A DNA stretch of 64,000 nucleotides from Planctomycetota bacterium (GTDB lineage Bacteria; Planctomycetota; UBA1135; UBA2386), in contig OZ245006.1 in assembly GCA_965223545.1 (NCBI GenBank), positions 6,880,001 through 6,944,000 of the forward strand, in the 5' to 3' direction. Below are positions 36,983 to 46,811 of the stretch, in pieces (positions within the stretch are counted from its first letter, which is position 1; every line of letters starts with the position of its first letter). A model generated the notes under the pieces. That model was given only the letters and a program-made list of their open reading frames with translations, was not told the DNA's origin and ran no database searches. Position numbers and translations under genes: made by a program.

Positions 36983-37312
36983 TTAACGCTGGATGCGAAA
37001 CCCGTCGGCGAGGGTGCGGCGCGTCCGAAAGTCCACGCGCATCAGATTCGGGCCGAGCGACTCGATCCGCAGTTTCTGGAGGCCTCCTTCCTGGCTTGCC
37101 CATGGGCGCAACCACGTGACGACGTCGCCCTTTACAAGGAACACGAGGTCGACGGTACCATCCCCACACTCTTCTTCAGAGGCCGTGAACGCCTGCACTT
37201 CCCTTGAGCCGAGGCGACGCCGACGTTCATACGAAAGGGATACGGCCTGGAGTATGACGCAGAGAGCAACGAGACCCGAGAGGATCGTGTTGATGATCTC
37301 CAGGTAGTCCAT
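36983..37312 (-). CDS. Small hypothetical membrane protein
   Basis: N-terminal TM IINTILSGLVALCVILQAV followed by RRRR. Confidence 0.45.
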   Translation of the reverse strand: MDYLEIINTILSGLVALCVILQAVSLSYERRRRLGSREVQAFTASEEECGDGTVDLVFLVKGDVVTWLRPWASQEGGLQKLRIESLGPNLMRVDFRTRRTLADGFRIQR

Positions 37313-37570
37313 AGCGCCCAACTACAGCCAACGCGCGACACTCATTCAACGAATGCCAATTGCGCTGTTTCGACGACGAGCCAGAGCGCCCTCCAGGCGG
37401 CGTGCCGACGCCCCAGCCAAACAGCACGACCCCAGCGAGATGCACCCACCCGTCCATAACGACAATTCGTCGCTACTCCTCGCACTCCATCGCCTCGGGC
37501 ATTGCATCGCTTAGAAAGCTGGCGATCACAGACCCGAAGAAGGCCACCTCGATCGGTGAGTCCTCATCGA

Positions 37571-37798
37571 TCACGCGCTCGAGCCGGGGATGGCCGCGAC
37601 CAGACCGCTGAGCCAGTCGCTCCCCTGGTCGCGGTCCCTCAGCTGGTCGATCAGCCCGCGGAGTCGCTCGGTTTGCTCTCGACTCGCCTCCGAGCGCCAG
37701 AGCTGGCCGACGCGCGCGCAGACATCTTCGAGCGCTTCCTCCAAGTCCTCCTCGAGGCTGTCGAAGTTGGGGTCACAGTCGTCGCTGGGATGATGCAT
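37571..37798 (-). CDS. Small acidic helical hypothetical protein
   Basis: Protein-like composition SLEEDLEEALEDVC..; stop overlaps a following GTG. Confidence 0.4.
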   Translation of the reverse strand: MHHPSDDCDPNFDSLEEDLEEALEDVCARVGQLWRSEASREQTERLRGLIDQLRDRDQGSDWLSGLVAAIPGSSA

Positions 37799-37853
37799 TC
37801 GTGGACCGGTAGGCTGGGTTAATCCGCCGCCGAGACGTTAACGTGGGCAACTA

Positions 37854-38381
37854 ATGAGCGACACGAGAAGTGGGTTGAGCGAGCAGGCAAAGCGCCCACC
37901 ACAGCTGAGCAACGATGTGCGAGTGGTGAGTTGGGCTCTCTTCGCAGTTGGCACTTTCACCTTGCTTGCAACGATCTTGGTGAGCAGCAGGGCGGCGAGC
38001 TGCTCGACCCTTGCGGAATGGACGCTCAACATTCAGATCGGGGTCCAGCTACTGCTGGGCCTGGCTGGTGCACTGCACAGTTACGCGGCCGCTGAGGGGT
38101 TTTCTGCGCGGTACAAAGAGATCACGTGGCTGGTGAAGAGTCAGTGCGTCCAGTTCGTCGACCAACGTCCTGGCGACGAGCGTGCCTCTAGCAGTCCCAT
38201 CCCGGGTTCAGGGGTCGATGGGCTCCGGGTCCTGTACACGGCGGGCGGACTTGGGGGGGCGACACAGGCGCTGTTCCACTCGCCCCTCTCGTCGTCACTG
38301 CCATTGCCACGGCGCTGGCGAACTCCTCGGCCCAGCAGAGACTTGCCGACATCCGCCCCGGACCTTTGGGTTCTCAGGTGA
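37854..38381 (+). CDS. Two-TM hypothetical protein; C-terminal part probably read-through
   Basis: Hydrophobic segments VVSWALFAVGTFTLLATILV and IQIGVQLLLGLAGALHSY. Confidence 0.4.
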   Translation: MSDTRSGLSEQAKRPPQLSNDVRVVSWALFAVGTFTLLATILVSSRAASCSTLAEWTLNIQIGVQLLLGLAGALHSYAAAEGFSARYKEITWLVKSQCVQFVDQRPGDERASSSPIPGSGVDGLRVLYTAGGLGGATQALFHSPLSSSLPLPRRWRTPRPSRDLPTSAPDLWVLR

Positions 38382-39994
38382 GTGCGCCCATGGCCGTGGA
38401 CGACGTTGTCTACTTCGCCGCCAACGACGGCGTAGTCGGCGCCGAGCTTTGGCGGGCGGACACCGCGGGAGCCGTTCTTGTCGCCGACCTTCAGCCGGGG
38501 CTCGCATCCTCGAACCCTCGGCCACTGCTTGCTTGGCGCGGCGGAGTCTACTTCGACGCCGAGTTCGCACCGGGGCAGTTCGGCTTGTTTCACATGGACG
38601 ACACCGGGTCGAACATCGCGAGGCTCGCGGTCTTGCGCGTCGCTTCGGCCATGTTCGAGTTGGGCGGCAAGCTTTATTTCACCGGTGGAGCAAACTTCCA
38701 GAACGAGCTTTGGCAGACCGACGGTACCCCTGCGGGCACATTTCAGGTGGTCGACCTCCGCCCGGGCCCGCTTTCCAGTGGCGCCCATAGCCTCATCGTT
38801 GCCGGCGGGCGACTGTTCTTCGGCGCCAACGACGGCGTCCACGGCTACGAGATCTGGATGTCTGACGGCACCGCGGCAGGGACTCAGATCGCCGTCGACC
38901 TCGTGCCCGGCAGCACGGGCTCCCGTGCCGAGCAATTCTTTCCCTACGCTCAACAGATTCTGTTCGCGGCAACGACCCCGGCCACCGGCCTCGAGCTGTT
39001 CACACTCGACCCGGTCACGCTACAGGCCCAACTCGTGTTCGACGTGAGCCCCGGTTCCGGCGGCAGCGACCCATGGCTGTGGCTCGAGTCCAACGGCCGA
39101 TTGTTCTTCACCGCCCACTCTCCAAGCACTGGTTTCGAACCGTGGTCGACCGATGGCACGCCCCAGGGCACGGTCGGCGTCGACATCATGCCGGGTTTGA
39201 GGAGCGCGCTGGCGGGTTACCCGGCGTCAGTCTCCGGCGGGATCGTGCTCGCGGCCACGTCGCCGGCCGGACGCGAGTTGTGGTTCACCGACGGCAGCCC
39301 AGCGGGGACACGGCTCGTGATCGACCTCGCGCCCGGTAGCTCATCCAACCCGACCGACCTGCGGCGCATCGCCGCGAACGATCGCCTACTGTTCGCGGCC
39401 GATGCACGGGATGGCCGAGGCGTCGAGCTCTTTCAAACCGACGGTACTCCGGTGGGCAGCGGCCCGCTCGCCGAGATCAATCCCCTGGGCGACGGGGCGC
39501 CGCGCGATTTCGTCCGCAGCGGACGGTGGGTGTTCTTCGTCGCCGACGATGGCGTCGCCGGGGAAGAGCCCTGGATCCTCGACCTCAGCGTCATCGGTGG
39601 AGCGGTCGCGGATCCCTACGGCACGAGCTGTCCTGCAACGAACGGGCCCCAGCTCACTACGAACCTGCCGCCCACGCTCGGGGCCAGTGGGTTCGCGCTC
39701 ACCCTGGCAACGAGCGCGCTGCAGCAACCGGCACTCTTGCTCCTCGGCACGCAGCGGGTTGCGATCCCCGTCGCCGGCTTCATCCAACCCTGCAGCCTGC
39801 TGGTCGGCGGCACGACGGCGCACGCCGTCGGAACGACCGACTCCGCGGGCCAGTTGTCGATCCCACTGACGATTCCTGCGATACCGAGCCTCCTCGGCGC
39901 CGAGCTGGCCGCCCAAGGCGCCGTGGCGGACGCGCGCGTCGCCGGCACAGGCTTCGCGCTGAGCGAAGGGCTGCGGATGGTGTTGGGCGGCTGA
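38366..39994 (+). CDS. ELWxxDGT-repeat surface protein with shared C-terminal domain (true start unresolved)
   Basis: ELWRADT, ELWQTDGT, EIWMSDGT, EPWSTDGT, ELWFTDGS and ELFQTDGT repeats; C-terminus AAQGAVADARVAGTGFALSEGLRMVLGG. Confidence 0.9.
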   Translation: MGSQVSAPMAVDDVVYFAANDGVVGAELWRADTAGAVLVADLQPGLASSNPRPLLAWRGGVYFDAEFAPGQFGLFHMDDTGSNIARLAVLRVASAMFELGGKLYFTGGANFQNELWQTDGTPAGTFQVVDLRPGPLSSGAHSLIVAGGRLFFGANDGVHGYEIWMSDGTAAGTQIAVDLVPGSTGSRAEQFFPYAQQILFAATTPATGLELFTLDPVTLQAQLVFDVSPGSGGSDPWLWLESNGRLFFTAHSPSTGFEPWSTDGTPQGTVGVDIMPGLRSALAGYPASVSGGIVLAATSPAGRELWFTDGSPAGTRLVIDLAPGSSSNPTDLRRIAANDRLLFAADARDGRGVELFQTDGTPVGSGPLAEINPLGDGAPRDFVRSGRWVFFVADDGVAGEEPWILDLSVIGGAVADPYGTSCPATNGPQLTTNLPPTLGASGFALTLATSALQQPALLLLGTQRVAIPVAGFIQPCSLLVGGTTAHAVGTTDSAGQLSIPLTIPAIPSLLGAELAAQGAVADARVAGTGFALSEGLRMVLGG

Positions 39995-40088
39995 GGCCGG
40001 CAGCACCTGCCGCCACTGGTGATCGACGAGGACGGACAAGGGGCCTTGCCGTGCCCGTCGCGCACTGACCGAGGGTTAGAGTGTCGCC

Positions 40089-40973
40089 GTGACCGAGCGG
40101 GTGCGAGGCCAAGCGATGAGACCCGGCCGCAGCGTGACCGTCGTGCGCCAATGGGACCACGGAGTGCGGCTGCGGATCGCCATCACCGGATTGCCCGACG
40201 CGGACTGCGTCTTGCGCGTGTTTGCGGGCGGGCGAGCAGGCACGGTGATCCTGCACAGCGGAACCACCGGCGCCGAGCACATCAGCGCGTCGCCAGAGGG
40301 GCGGCAGCTGGTCGATGACCTGGTGGCTCGGGGCTACGGGGTCGTCGATCGCAAGTGGATCGGCGGATGGTGGGGCACCGGGGCGTCGATTCGGGACGAG
40401 GCCGAACGAGGCGCGATGGTCGCGGACTGGGTCATGGTGACCGGCGGCACCGGGGGTGGGTTGCGCGGGCCGTTTCGCGCCTTCGGCAACAGTGGCGGCG
40501 CTGCCGAGATCGCCTACGGTCTGACGTCGTACGGCATGGGGACTCGTTGGGACCGGGTCGTGCTCGGCGGCGGGCCGCCGATGGCGCGGCTACAGCACCT
40601 GTGCGCTGAGCCGCCTGCCCACGAGTGGCGGCAAGAGGCGGAGAGTGCGCTCGCTCCATACGCGGCGCAATTCACGTGCGGTCCGATGCGGTGGTCCGAC
40701 CCGACGGCCGTCGTGTGTCCGGTCATCGGCGGGTTCGAGCCCGCCGCGCTGGCGCAGATGAGCGTGTTGCACGCGGGAGCGACAACCTCGTTCTCGTGCG
40801 ATGTGGCGACGCTGATGGGCAGCGACGACTGTACCGTGGCCGTGCCGCAGGGCGCGGTCTTCTACGCGGCGGTCCAGTCGGCGAAGACGCTCGCCGTCGT
40901 GCCCGGGGCGCCGCACTTCGTGCCGGCGACCGCCGCGGGGCGCGCGGCGATCGTCGCCGAGACCGACGGGTGA
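40089..40973 (+). CDS. Alpha/beta hydrolase fold protein
   Basis: FGNSGGA nucleophile elbow; GSDD; VPGAPH. Confidence 0.7.
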   Translation: MTERVRGQAMRPGRSVTVVRQWDHGVRLRIAITGLPDADCVLRVFAGGRAGTVILHSGTTGAEHISASPEGRQLVDDLVARGYGVVDRKWIGGWWGTGASIRDEAERGAMVADWVMVTGGTGGGLRGPFRAFGNSGGAAEIAYGLTSYGMGTRWDRVVLGGGPPMARLQHLCAEPPAHEWRQEAESALAPYAAQFTCGPMRWSDPTAVVCPVIGGFEPAALAQMSVLHAGATTSFSCDVATLMGSDDCTVAVPQGAVFYAAVQSAKTLAVVPGAPHFVPATAAGRAAIVAETDG

Positions 40974-41002
40974 ACGCGCGCGCGGCCCGAAGACCAGCTC
41001 GA

Positions 41003-41410
41003 CTACTGCATCAGCTCGTCGAGCAGATCGCGGGCGACGTAGATCGGCGCGCCGACCTGCACGGCGATGGCGATGGCATCCGAGGGGCGGCAGTCGACTT
41101 CGCGGTCGACGTCTTCGCCGGCGATCCGCAGGGAGAGCACCGCGTAGAACGTGTCGTCGCGGAGCTCGGTGATGACCACGCGGCGCAGGGTGCAATCGAG
41201 CGCACCGAGGATCAGGCCGATGAGGTCGTGCGTCATCGGCCGGCGCGTGCGCTGCTTGAGCAGCTTGGACTGGATCTCCCAGGCCTCGTTGAAGCCGATC
41301 TTGATCGGGAACGTGCGCTCGCCATCGACCTCGCGCAGGTAGATCCGCTGCTCGTGCACCTTGTCCTGGATCAGCAAACGGGTGAGCTTGATCTCGACGG
41401 TGTCTTGCAT
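41003..41410 (-). CDS. Bifunctional nuclease family protein (DUF151)
   Basis: FPIKIGFNEA; RPMTHDL; TFYAVL; VDCRPSDAIAIA. Confidence 0.93.
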   Translation of the reverse strand: MQDTVEIKLTRLLIQDKVHEQRIYLREVDGERTFPIKIGFNEAWEIQSKLLKQRTRRPMTHDLIGLILGALDCTLRRVVITELRDDTFYAVLSLRIAGEDVDREVDCRPSDAIAIAVQVGAPIYVARDLLDELMQ

Positions 41411-41465
41411 GTCGCGGCGGGAATCGCGGGCGGGGCGCGGGCGCGGTCCTTTATACCAACACGAG

Positions 41466-42506
41466 TTGGTCGCGACACCGCCTGCACGTTCCCGCTCGAG
41501 CCGACCGCTGGCCACCGTGTGGCGCAGTGGCCGTGAGGAGTCCGCGCACTGGGGAGCGCTCGTGGCGGTGCCGGCCGACGGGGGCGCAGCGCTGCTCGCG
41601 TGCGGCGACGTCGACCGCCCGGTGTTCGCGCGGTCGGCGGTCAAGCCGCTGCAGGCGCTGCCGCTGTTCACCGAGGGCTTGGTGGCGCGCGCCGAGCTCA
41701 CCGCCGAGGAGTGCGCCGTGCTCTGCGCGAGCCACGACGGCACGCCGGTGCACACCACGGCGGTGCGCCGCGTGCTGGCCGCGTTCGGGCTGGACGAGGC
41801 GCTGCTGCGCTGCGGGCCACACGCGCCCTTCGACAAGAAGTCCTCGCTGGCGATCGCGCGCGCCGGCGAGAAGCCGGCCCGGATCCACAACAACTGCTCC
41901 GGCAAGCACGCGGGGTTTCTGGCCCTGGCGCGGCATTGCGGCGATCCGCTCGAACGCTATCTCGAGCCGGACAGCGCGGCGCAGCGGCAGGTGCGCGCCG
42001 CGGTGGCCGGCGCCGCCGGGCTGGAGTCCGGCGCGTTGGAAGTCGGCGCCGACGGCTGCGGTGCGCCGACCCTGCGGCTGCCGCTGATCGCCCTGGCGCG
42101 GGCCTTCGCCCGGTTGGCGAACCACCCCGACCCGTCCTCCGTTGAGGGCCGCGCATGTGCCGCGATCCTGCAAGCCGTCCACCGCGCGCCGGTGCTCGTC
42201 GCCGGCGAGCGGCGGCTGTGCACGGCGCTGCTGCGGGCCGCGCCTGTGCCGATGTTCGCCAAGAACGGGGCCGAGGGCGTCTACGCGGTCGGGGTGTCGG
42301 GCACCGTGGAGCACCCTGGCTTCGGCTTGGCGGTCAAGGTCGACGACGGGCACGAGCGCGGCTACATGCCGGCCGTCGTCCACGCGCTGGTGCGCCTCGG
42401 TGTCTGGCGCACGGTGCCGGATGCGCTGCAGCGCTTTGCCGAGGTGCCGGTGCTCGACACCAACAAGCAACCCGTGGGCAGCGTGCGCTGCGCGGTGGAG
42501 TGGTAG
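41466..42506 (+). CDS. ansA: Rhizobial-type (class 3) L-asparaginase; start uncertain
   Basis: RSAVKPLQA; ASHDG; NNCSGKHAG; DGCGAP; AKNGAEGV. Confidence 0.88.
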   Translation: MVATPPARSRSSRPLATVWRSGREESAHWGALVAVPADGGAALLACGDVDRPVFARSAVKPLQALPLFTEGLVARAELTAEECAVLCASHDGTPVHTTAVRRVLAAFGLDEALLRCGPHAPFDKKSSLAIARAGEKPARIHNNCSGKHAGFLALARHCGDPLERYLEPDSAAQRQVRAAVAGAAGLESGALEVGADGCGAPTLRLPLIALARAFARLANHPDPSSVEGRACAAILQAVHRAPVLVAGERRLCTALLRAAPVPMFAKNGAEGVYAVGVSGTVEHPGFGLAVKVDDGHERGYMPAVVHALVRLGVWRTVPDALQRFAEVPVLDTNKQPVGSVRCAVEW

Positions 42507-42508
42507 TG

Positions 42509-43321
42509 ATGGCGGTGCAGCGCGTCGACGATATCCCTGCTCTGCCGCCGCGGCCGATCGATGCGCACAAGGGCAGCTGCGGGACGGTCGTGGTGGTCGC
42601 CGGCAGCGACGGCATGCTGGGCGCGGCGATCCTGACGGCGCAGGGCGCGCTGCGCGGCGGGGCCGGGTTGGTGCGCTGCGTGCTGCCCGAGGCGCTGATG
42701 CCGTGGCTGACAGTGGGGGTTCCATGTGCCACCACTCGGCGGCGCGATGGGGCACCGGCAGAATGGGTCGCGGGCGCCAGCGCGGTCGTCGTCGGGCCCG
42801 GGCTCGGCCAGGGCGCGGGAGTGCGCGCCATGGTGGACGGCGTGCGCGCGGCCGCGCCGGCAGTGCTCGATGCCGACGCCCTCAACGCGCTGGCCCCGCT
42901 TGCCGACACCGCCGCCGCGCCGGTTGCCGAGGTGTGGACACCGCACCCCGGCGAGGCCGCGCGGTTGCTCGACTGCGCGGTGGGTCGCATCGCGGGAGAT
43001 CGCGAGGCGGCGGCGTTGGAGCTGGCGCGGCGCAGCGGCGCGGTGGTCGTGCTCAAGGGGGCGGGCACGGTCGTCACCGACGGTGCGCGGCTGTTCGTCA
43101 ACCCGACCGGCAACGCCGGCATGGCGACCGGGGGCAGTGGTGACGTGCTCGCCGGCCTGACCGGAGCGCTGCTGGCGCTGGGGATGCCGCCGTTCGACGC
43201 GGCGCGCGCCGCGGTGCACGCGCACGGTGCTGCGGGCGATCTGGTCGCCGCCCGCCTGTCGCAGACGGGCGTCACCGCGGCCGACCTGCCGCTGGCGATC
43301 GCTGAGGTGCTGCGGCCGTGA
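42509..43321 (+). CDS. nnrD: ADP-dependent NAD(P)H-hydrate dehydratase
   Basis: HKGSCG; GGAGLV; VGPGLG; VLDADALN; TPHPGEAARL; LKGAGT; MATGGSGDVLAG. Confidence 0.93.
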   Translation: MAVQRVDDIPALPPRPIDAHKGSCGTVVVVAGSDGMLGAAILTAQGALRGGAGLVRCVLPEALMPWLTVGVPCATTRRRDGAPAEWVAGASAVVVGPGLGQGAGVRAMVDGVRAAAPAVLDADALNALAPLADTAAAPVAEVWTPHPGEAARLLDCAVGRIAGDREAAALELARRSGAVVVLKGAGTVVTDGARLFVNPTGNAGMATGGSGDVLAGLTGALLALGMPPFDAARAAVHAHGAAGDLVAARLSQTGVTAADLPLAIAEVLRP

Positions 43322-46026
43322 GACGACCCCGGCACCGGGCTGTCTGCTGGTCGACCGCGTTCGTCGCGGCGATCGCGTCTCCGGCGCTGGCGCAAGAGGC
43401 GCCGGCCCAGGCGCTGCTCTCGGCCGAGCGAGTGGCGGCCGAGCGCGCGCGCCGGACGCTCTGCGCACGTCCGCTGGCGGAAGGGGCAGCCACGGCGCTG
43501 CGAACCGCGCTTGCCGACCCCGCGTTGGCGCCGGCAGCGCGCGCCCGCGTGGCGTCGGTGCTCGACGCGCACGGCGCGCTCCCCGACACCGTTCGTCAGG
43601 CCTGGCTCGACGATGCGGACGACGCGCTGTTCGCGCTGGCGCTGCCGGCGGCGAGCACCGAGGAGCTGCGGGCGCGGTTGCGCGGGAGCGCGCCCGCTCG
43701 GCGCCGCGCCGTGCTGTTCGCGCTGCAGGACCGCGGCGCCTTGCGCGACGCGTCGCTGATGGCCGCGCTCGCCGACGATGACGAGGACGTCGCCGGCGCC
43801 GCGCTGAGTGTGCTCGTGCACGAGCGCAGCCCCTTGCCCGTCGAACTCGCCGACGTCGATGCGGTGGCGCGCGATCGACTGCTGGAGGCGCTGGCCGCGC
43901 AGCCGCGGCCGAGCGCCGTGGGTTGGGTGCGCCGGCTCTTGGCGGGGGATCGGCTGGCGCCCGAGCAGCGCCTCTGGGCGATCGCGGTGTTGCCCGACGG
44001 CGGCGTCGACGACGCGCTGGCGGCGGAGCTGGTCGCGCAGTGCGCCGACCGCGCGCTGGCCGGCGCCGTGGCGCAGGCGGCGCGGCGGCTGGCCCCGGAG
44101 ACCGCCGACCGCCTGGTCGGGCGCGTGCACGCGGCGATCGCCGGCGGGGCGCCGGTGGATCGGGCGCTGGCCTGCCTCGAGCGCTGCTCGCCGCTGGGCG
44201 AGCGCCAAGTGCTGGCGTTGAGCGAAGTCCTCGATGCCGATGCCGTCGAGGCAGTGTGCAGCTGGCTGCACCGGCGCGAGTCGGTCGGGCTGCGCGAGCG
44301 CGTCGCGTCCGCCCTCGATGGCGAAGTCCCGCTGCGCCTGCACCTGTTGCGGCGCGCGCGAAAGGCACTGACCACGCCGGTGCGCATCGAGCGGGTCGCG
44401 GCGGAGTTGTCGGATGAGACTCGGCCGGCGGGCGCGTTCGCGGCGACCGTCGACGGCACCCCGGAAGAACGCGCGGCACTGGCGTTCGCCGCGCTGACGG
44501 CCGCCGGGGTGTACCACCCCGCCATGCCCGCCTACGTCGACGGCGTGGCGGGGCGGCAGCGGCAGAGCCGCGTGCGCGCGGTGCTGCGGATTCCGCCGCA
44601 GCGGCTGCCGCTGGAGTGGTGGACCGCGCTCTGGCGTGGCCCGATCGGCGACGGGGCGGCGCTGGTGCAGCGGGCGGCGTCGCGGCGCGGCTATCCGGCC
44701 GGCGCCTCGGCGGTGTTGTTGGCGGACTGCACCGAGCCCGGCCGCGGCGCGGCGGCTTGTGCCGCGCTGGCGGCCTTCGGCGCGGACGAGGAGGTCGAGG
44801 CGGCGTGGCGCCGCGCGCCCGCACACCGTCTCACCATGCTCGACACCCTGATCGAGCGGCCGCGCCCGACGGCGGCGGCGGTGCTGGCGCGGTTGCCGAT
44901 CGACGTGGCCGATCGAAAGCGGCGGGCGGCTTGGCTGCGGACGCGGGCGGCTCTGGGCGACCGGGATGCGTTCGCTGCGCTGCTGGACGAGCTCGTGACT
45001 TGGCCGCCGCGCGCGGTGCGGCGCTGTCGTTCGTTCGCGCCGGGCATGCTGACGATCGACCACCGGGCGCGGCTCGAAGAGATGCTCTGGGGCGGTGACG
45101 CCGCCGACGCGCTGCGGCGCGAGCTGGCGGAGTGGCTCGACAGCGCCCGCCTCGAGTGGGCGGACGCCCTGTTGGTGCGGCTGCACGCCGGCGATCCGGA
45201 CGCCGAGGTCCGCGCGGTGGCGCTTGCCGGCGTCCTGCGCGGGCCCGGGGCAGCGGACATCCACACCCGGCTGCGGCGGTCGTTCGCGGCGCCGCTGGAG
45301 GGCGACGCGCTGGAGCGCGTCTACGAGTTCGTCGCGGCGTCACCACCGGCTGACGCGGCCACCGTCGAGACCTTGGCGCGGCTGTTGCTCGAGGCGCCGC
45401 TGGCGGTGACCGACGCCGAGCTCGAGGCGGCCCTGTCCGGCATCGAACCGGGCCGCGCGACGTACCCGATGCATCGCACGGTGGTGGACTTCCTGCGCCG
45501 AGAGGATGCCTTCGACGCGGCCCCCTTCGTCGCGGTCGCGGCCGAGGTCGCGACCGATCCGCGCAGTGTGTGGCTGAACGTCCGGCGGCTGGGCCACCTG
45601 TTGGAGCAGCTGGCCCCTGCGCCGCGGCTGCGCGCCGCCCTCGCCCCCGCGGTCGCCGAGTTCTTGCTGCACGTTCCACAATCCGAGCCGCAGCTCGACG
45701 GTGCCGCCGCGTGGCTGCTCGGTGAGTCCGCCGGCCAGCGCGGCGACTTCGCGGTGGCGGCCGACCTGGCCGCCCGCGGCGCCCGCGTCCTGCTGCGGCA
45801 GCCGCTGCCGCCGCCGATCCAGCGGCTGGTCCTCGGGGATGGCGACACCGCCGGGATCGAGGTGCGGGCCGCTGCGCTGCCCTGGCTGTGGCGCGCCCGC
45901 CACCACGCCGCCACCGGCGACCCGGCGGCCGCGCGCGCCGACCTGGCGATCGCCGAAGACCTTGCCTGCGGGGAGCCGCAGACGACACTGGAGATCCGTG
46001 CCTTGACCGAAGAACTCGAGCCATGA
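43318..46026 (+). CDS. Large exported alpha-helical (HEAT-like) hypothetical protein
   Basis: Signal ..ASPALAQ; ALADDDEDV and GDPDAEVRAVAL motifs; 4-bp overlaps with both neighbours. Confidence 0.7.
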   Translation: MRRPRHRAVCWSTAFVAAIASPALAQEAPAQALLSAERVAAERARRTLCARPLAEGAATALRTALADPALAPAARARVASVLDAHGALPDTVRQAWLDDADDALFALALPAASTEELRARLRGSAPARRRAVLFALQDRGALRDASLMAALADDDEDVAGAALSVLVHERSPLPVELADVDAVARDRLLEALAAQPRPSAVGWVRRLLAGDRLAPEQRLWAIAVLPDGGVDDALAAELVAQCADRALAGAVAQAARRLAPETADRLVGRVHAAIAGGAPVDRALACLERCSPLGERQVLALSEVLDADAVEAVCSWLHRRESVGLRERVASALDGEVPLRLHLLRRARKALTTPVRIERVAAELSDETRPAGAFAATVDGTPEERAALAFAALTAAGVYHPAMPAYVDGVAGRQRQSRVRAVLRIPPQRLPLEWWTALWRGPIGDGAALVQRAASRRGYPAGASAVLLADCTEPGRGAAACAALAAFGADEEVEAAWRRAPAHRLTMLDTLIERPRPTAAAVLARLPIDVADRKRRAAWLRTRAALGDRDAFAALLDELVTWPPRAVRRCRSFAPGMLTIDHRARLEEMLWGGDAADALRRELAEWLDSARLEWADALLVRLHAGDPDAEVRAVALAGVLRGPGAADIHTRLRRSFAAPLEGDALERVYEFVAASPPADAATVETLARLLLEAPLAVTDAELEAALSGIEPGRATYPMHRTVVDFLRREDAFDAAPFVAVAAEVATDPRSVWLNVRRLGHLLEQLAPAPRLRAALAPAVAEFLLHVPQSEPQLDGAAAWLLGESAGQRGDFAVAADLAARGARVLLRQPLPPPIQRLVLGDGDTAGIEVRAAALPWLWRARHHAATGDPAAARADLAIAEDLACGEPQTTLEIRALTEELEP

Positions 46027-46811
46027 CGTTGCGTTGCCTTTGCCTCTGTGTGTTGTTGGTCGCGGCCCCCGCCGCGCAGGTCGATCCGCCGCAAGCCCTC
46101 GAGGCCCAGCGCCAGCAATTGCTCGAGCAGCTCGCCGAGGGTGGGGTCCGGGTCGACCTCGAGCAGCAGACGATCCGCGTCGCGGCCGAGGTGGTGCGCG
46201 TCGGCGACCCGCTCGAGTACTTCTTGATCCACCGGCAGGGCAAGTCGCACGAGGCGCTGTTCGTCACCGAGGTCAAGCCCAGCCTGCTCAACTCGGCGTT
46301 CCTGCTGCTCGGCTTCGAGAACGGCAGCAACGCCGAGGTGGTCCCGGTCGAGCCGCCACCGAGCGAGGCCGAGATCGAGGCCGGCGCGCGGGTCTTCGAC
46401 GTCGTGCCGCCGAAGGGGCAGCCGCTGTGGATCACGGTGTCGTGGCAGGATGGCGAGCGCCGCGTCGAGCACTCCGCCGACGAGCTGATCGTCGACCTGA
46501 CCACCGACGCCGCGCTCGCCGAGGGCGAGTGGATCTACCTCGGCGGCCGGCTCGCCGCCCTCTACCGCGGCGACCCGCCGGTGTTCGTCGCCGACTACGA
46601 GGGCAACCTGATCAGCATCTGCTACCTGATGCCGGCCAACCACCTGGCGACGCTGCGGCACGCGCGTGCCGACGACGATCAGAACTGGTGGAGGACCGAG
46701 CTGTGCCCGCCCGTTGGCACCGCGGTGGAGATCTGCTTCCGCCGGCAGCCACCGGCGGAGGCGAACCGCGAGCCCGCGCCGGCGGCCGAGGCCGACAAGA
46801 AGCGCGGCTGA
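46023..46811 (+). CDS. YdjY-like domain exported protein
   Basis: Signal ..AAPAAQ; PLEYFL..GKSHEALF..VKPSLLNSAFLLLG; WIYLG; GNLISI; PPVGTAVEI. Confidence 0.75.
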   Translation: MTLRCLCLCVLLVAAPAAQVDPPQALEAQRQQLLEQLAEGGVRVDLEQQTIRVAAEVVRVGDPLEYFLIHRQGKSHEALFVTEVKPSLLNSAFLLLGFENGSNAEVVPVEPPPSEAEIEAGARVFDVVPPKGQPLWITVSWQDGERRVEHSADELIVDLTTDAALAEGEWIYLGGRLAALYRGDPPVFVADYEGNLISICYLMPANHLATLRHARADDDQNWWRTELCPPVGTAVEICFRRQPPAEANREPAPAAEADKKRG

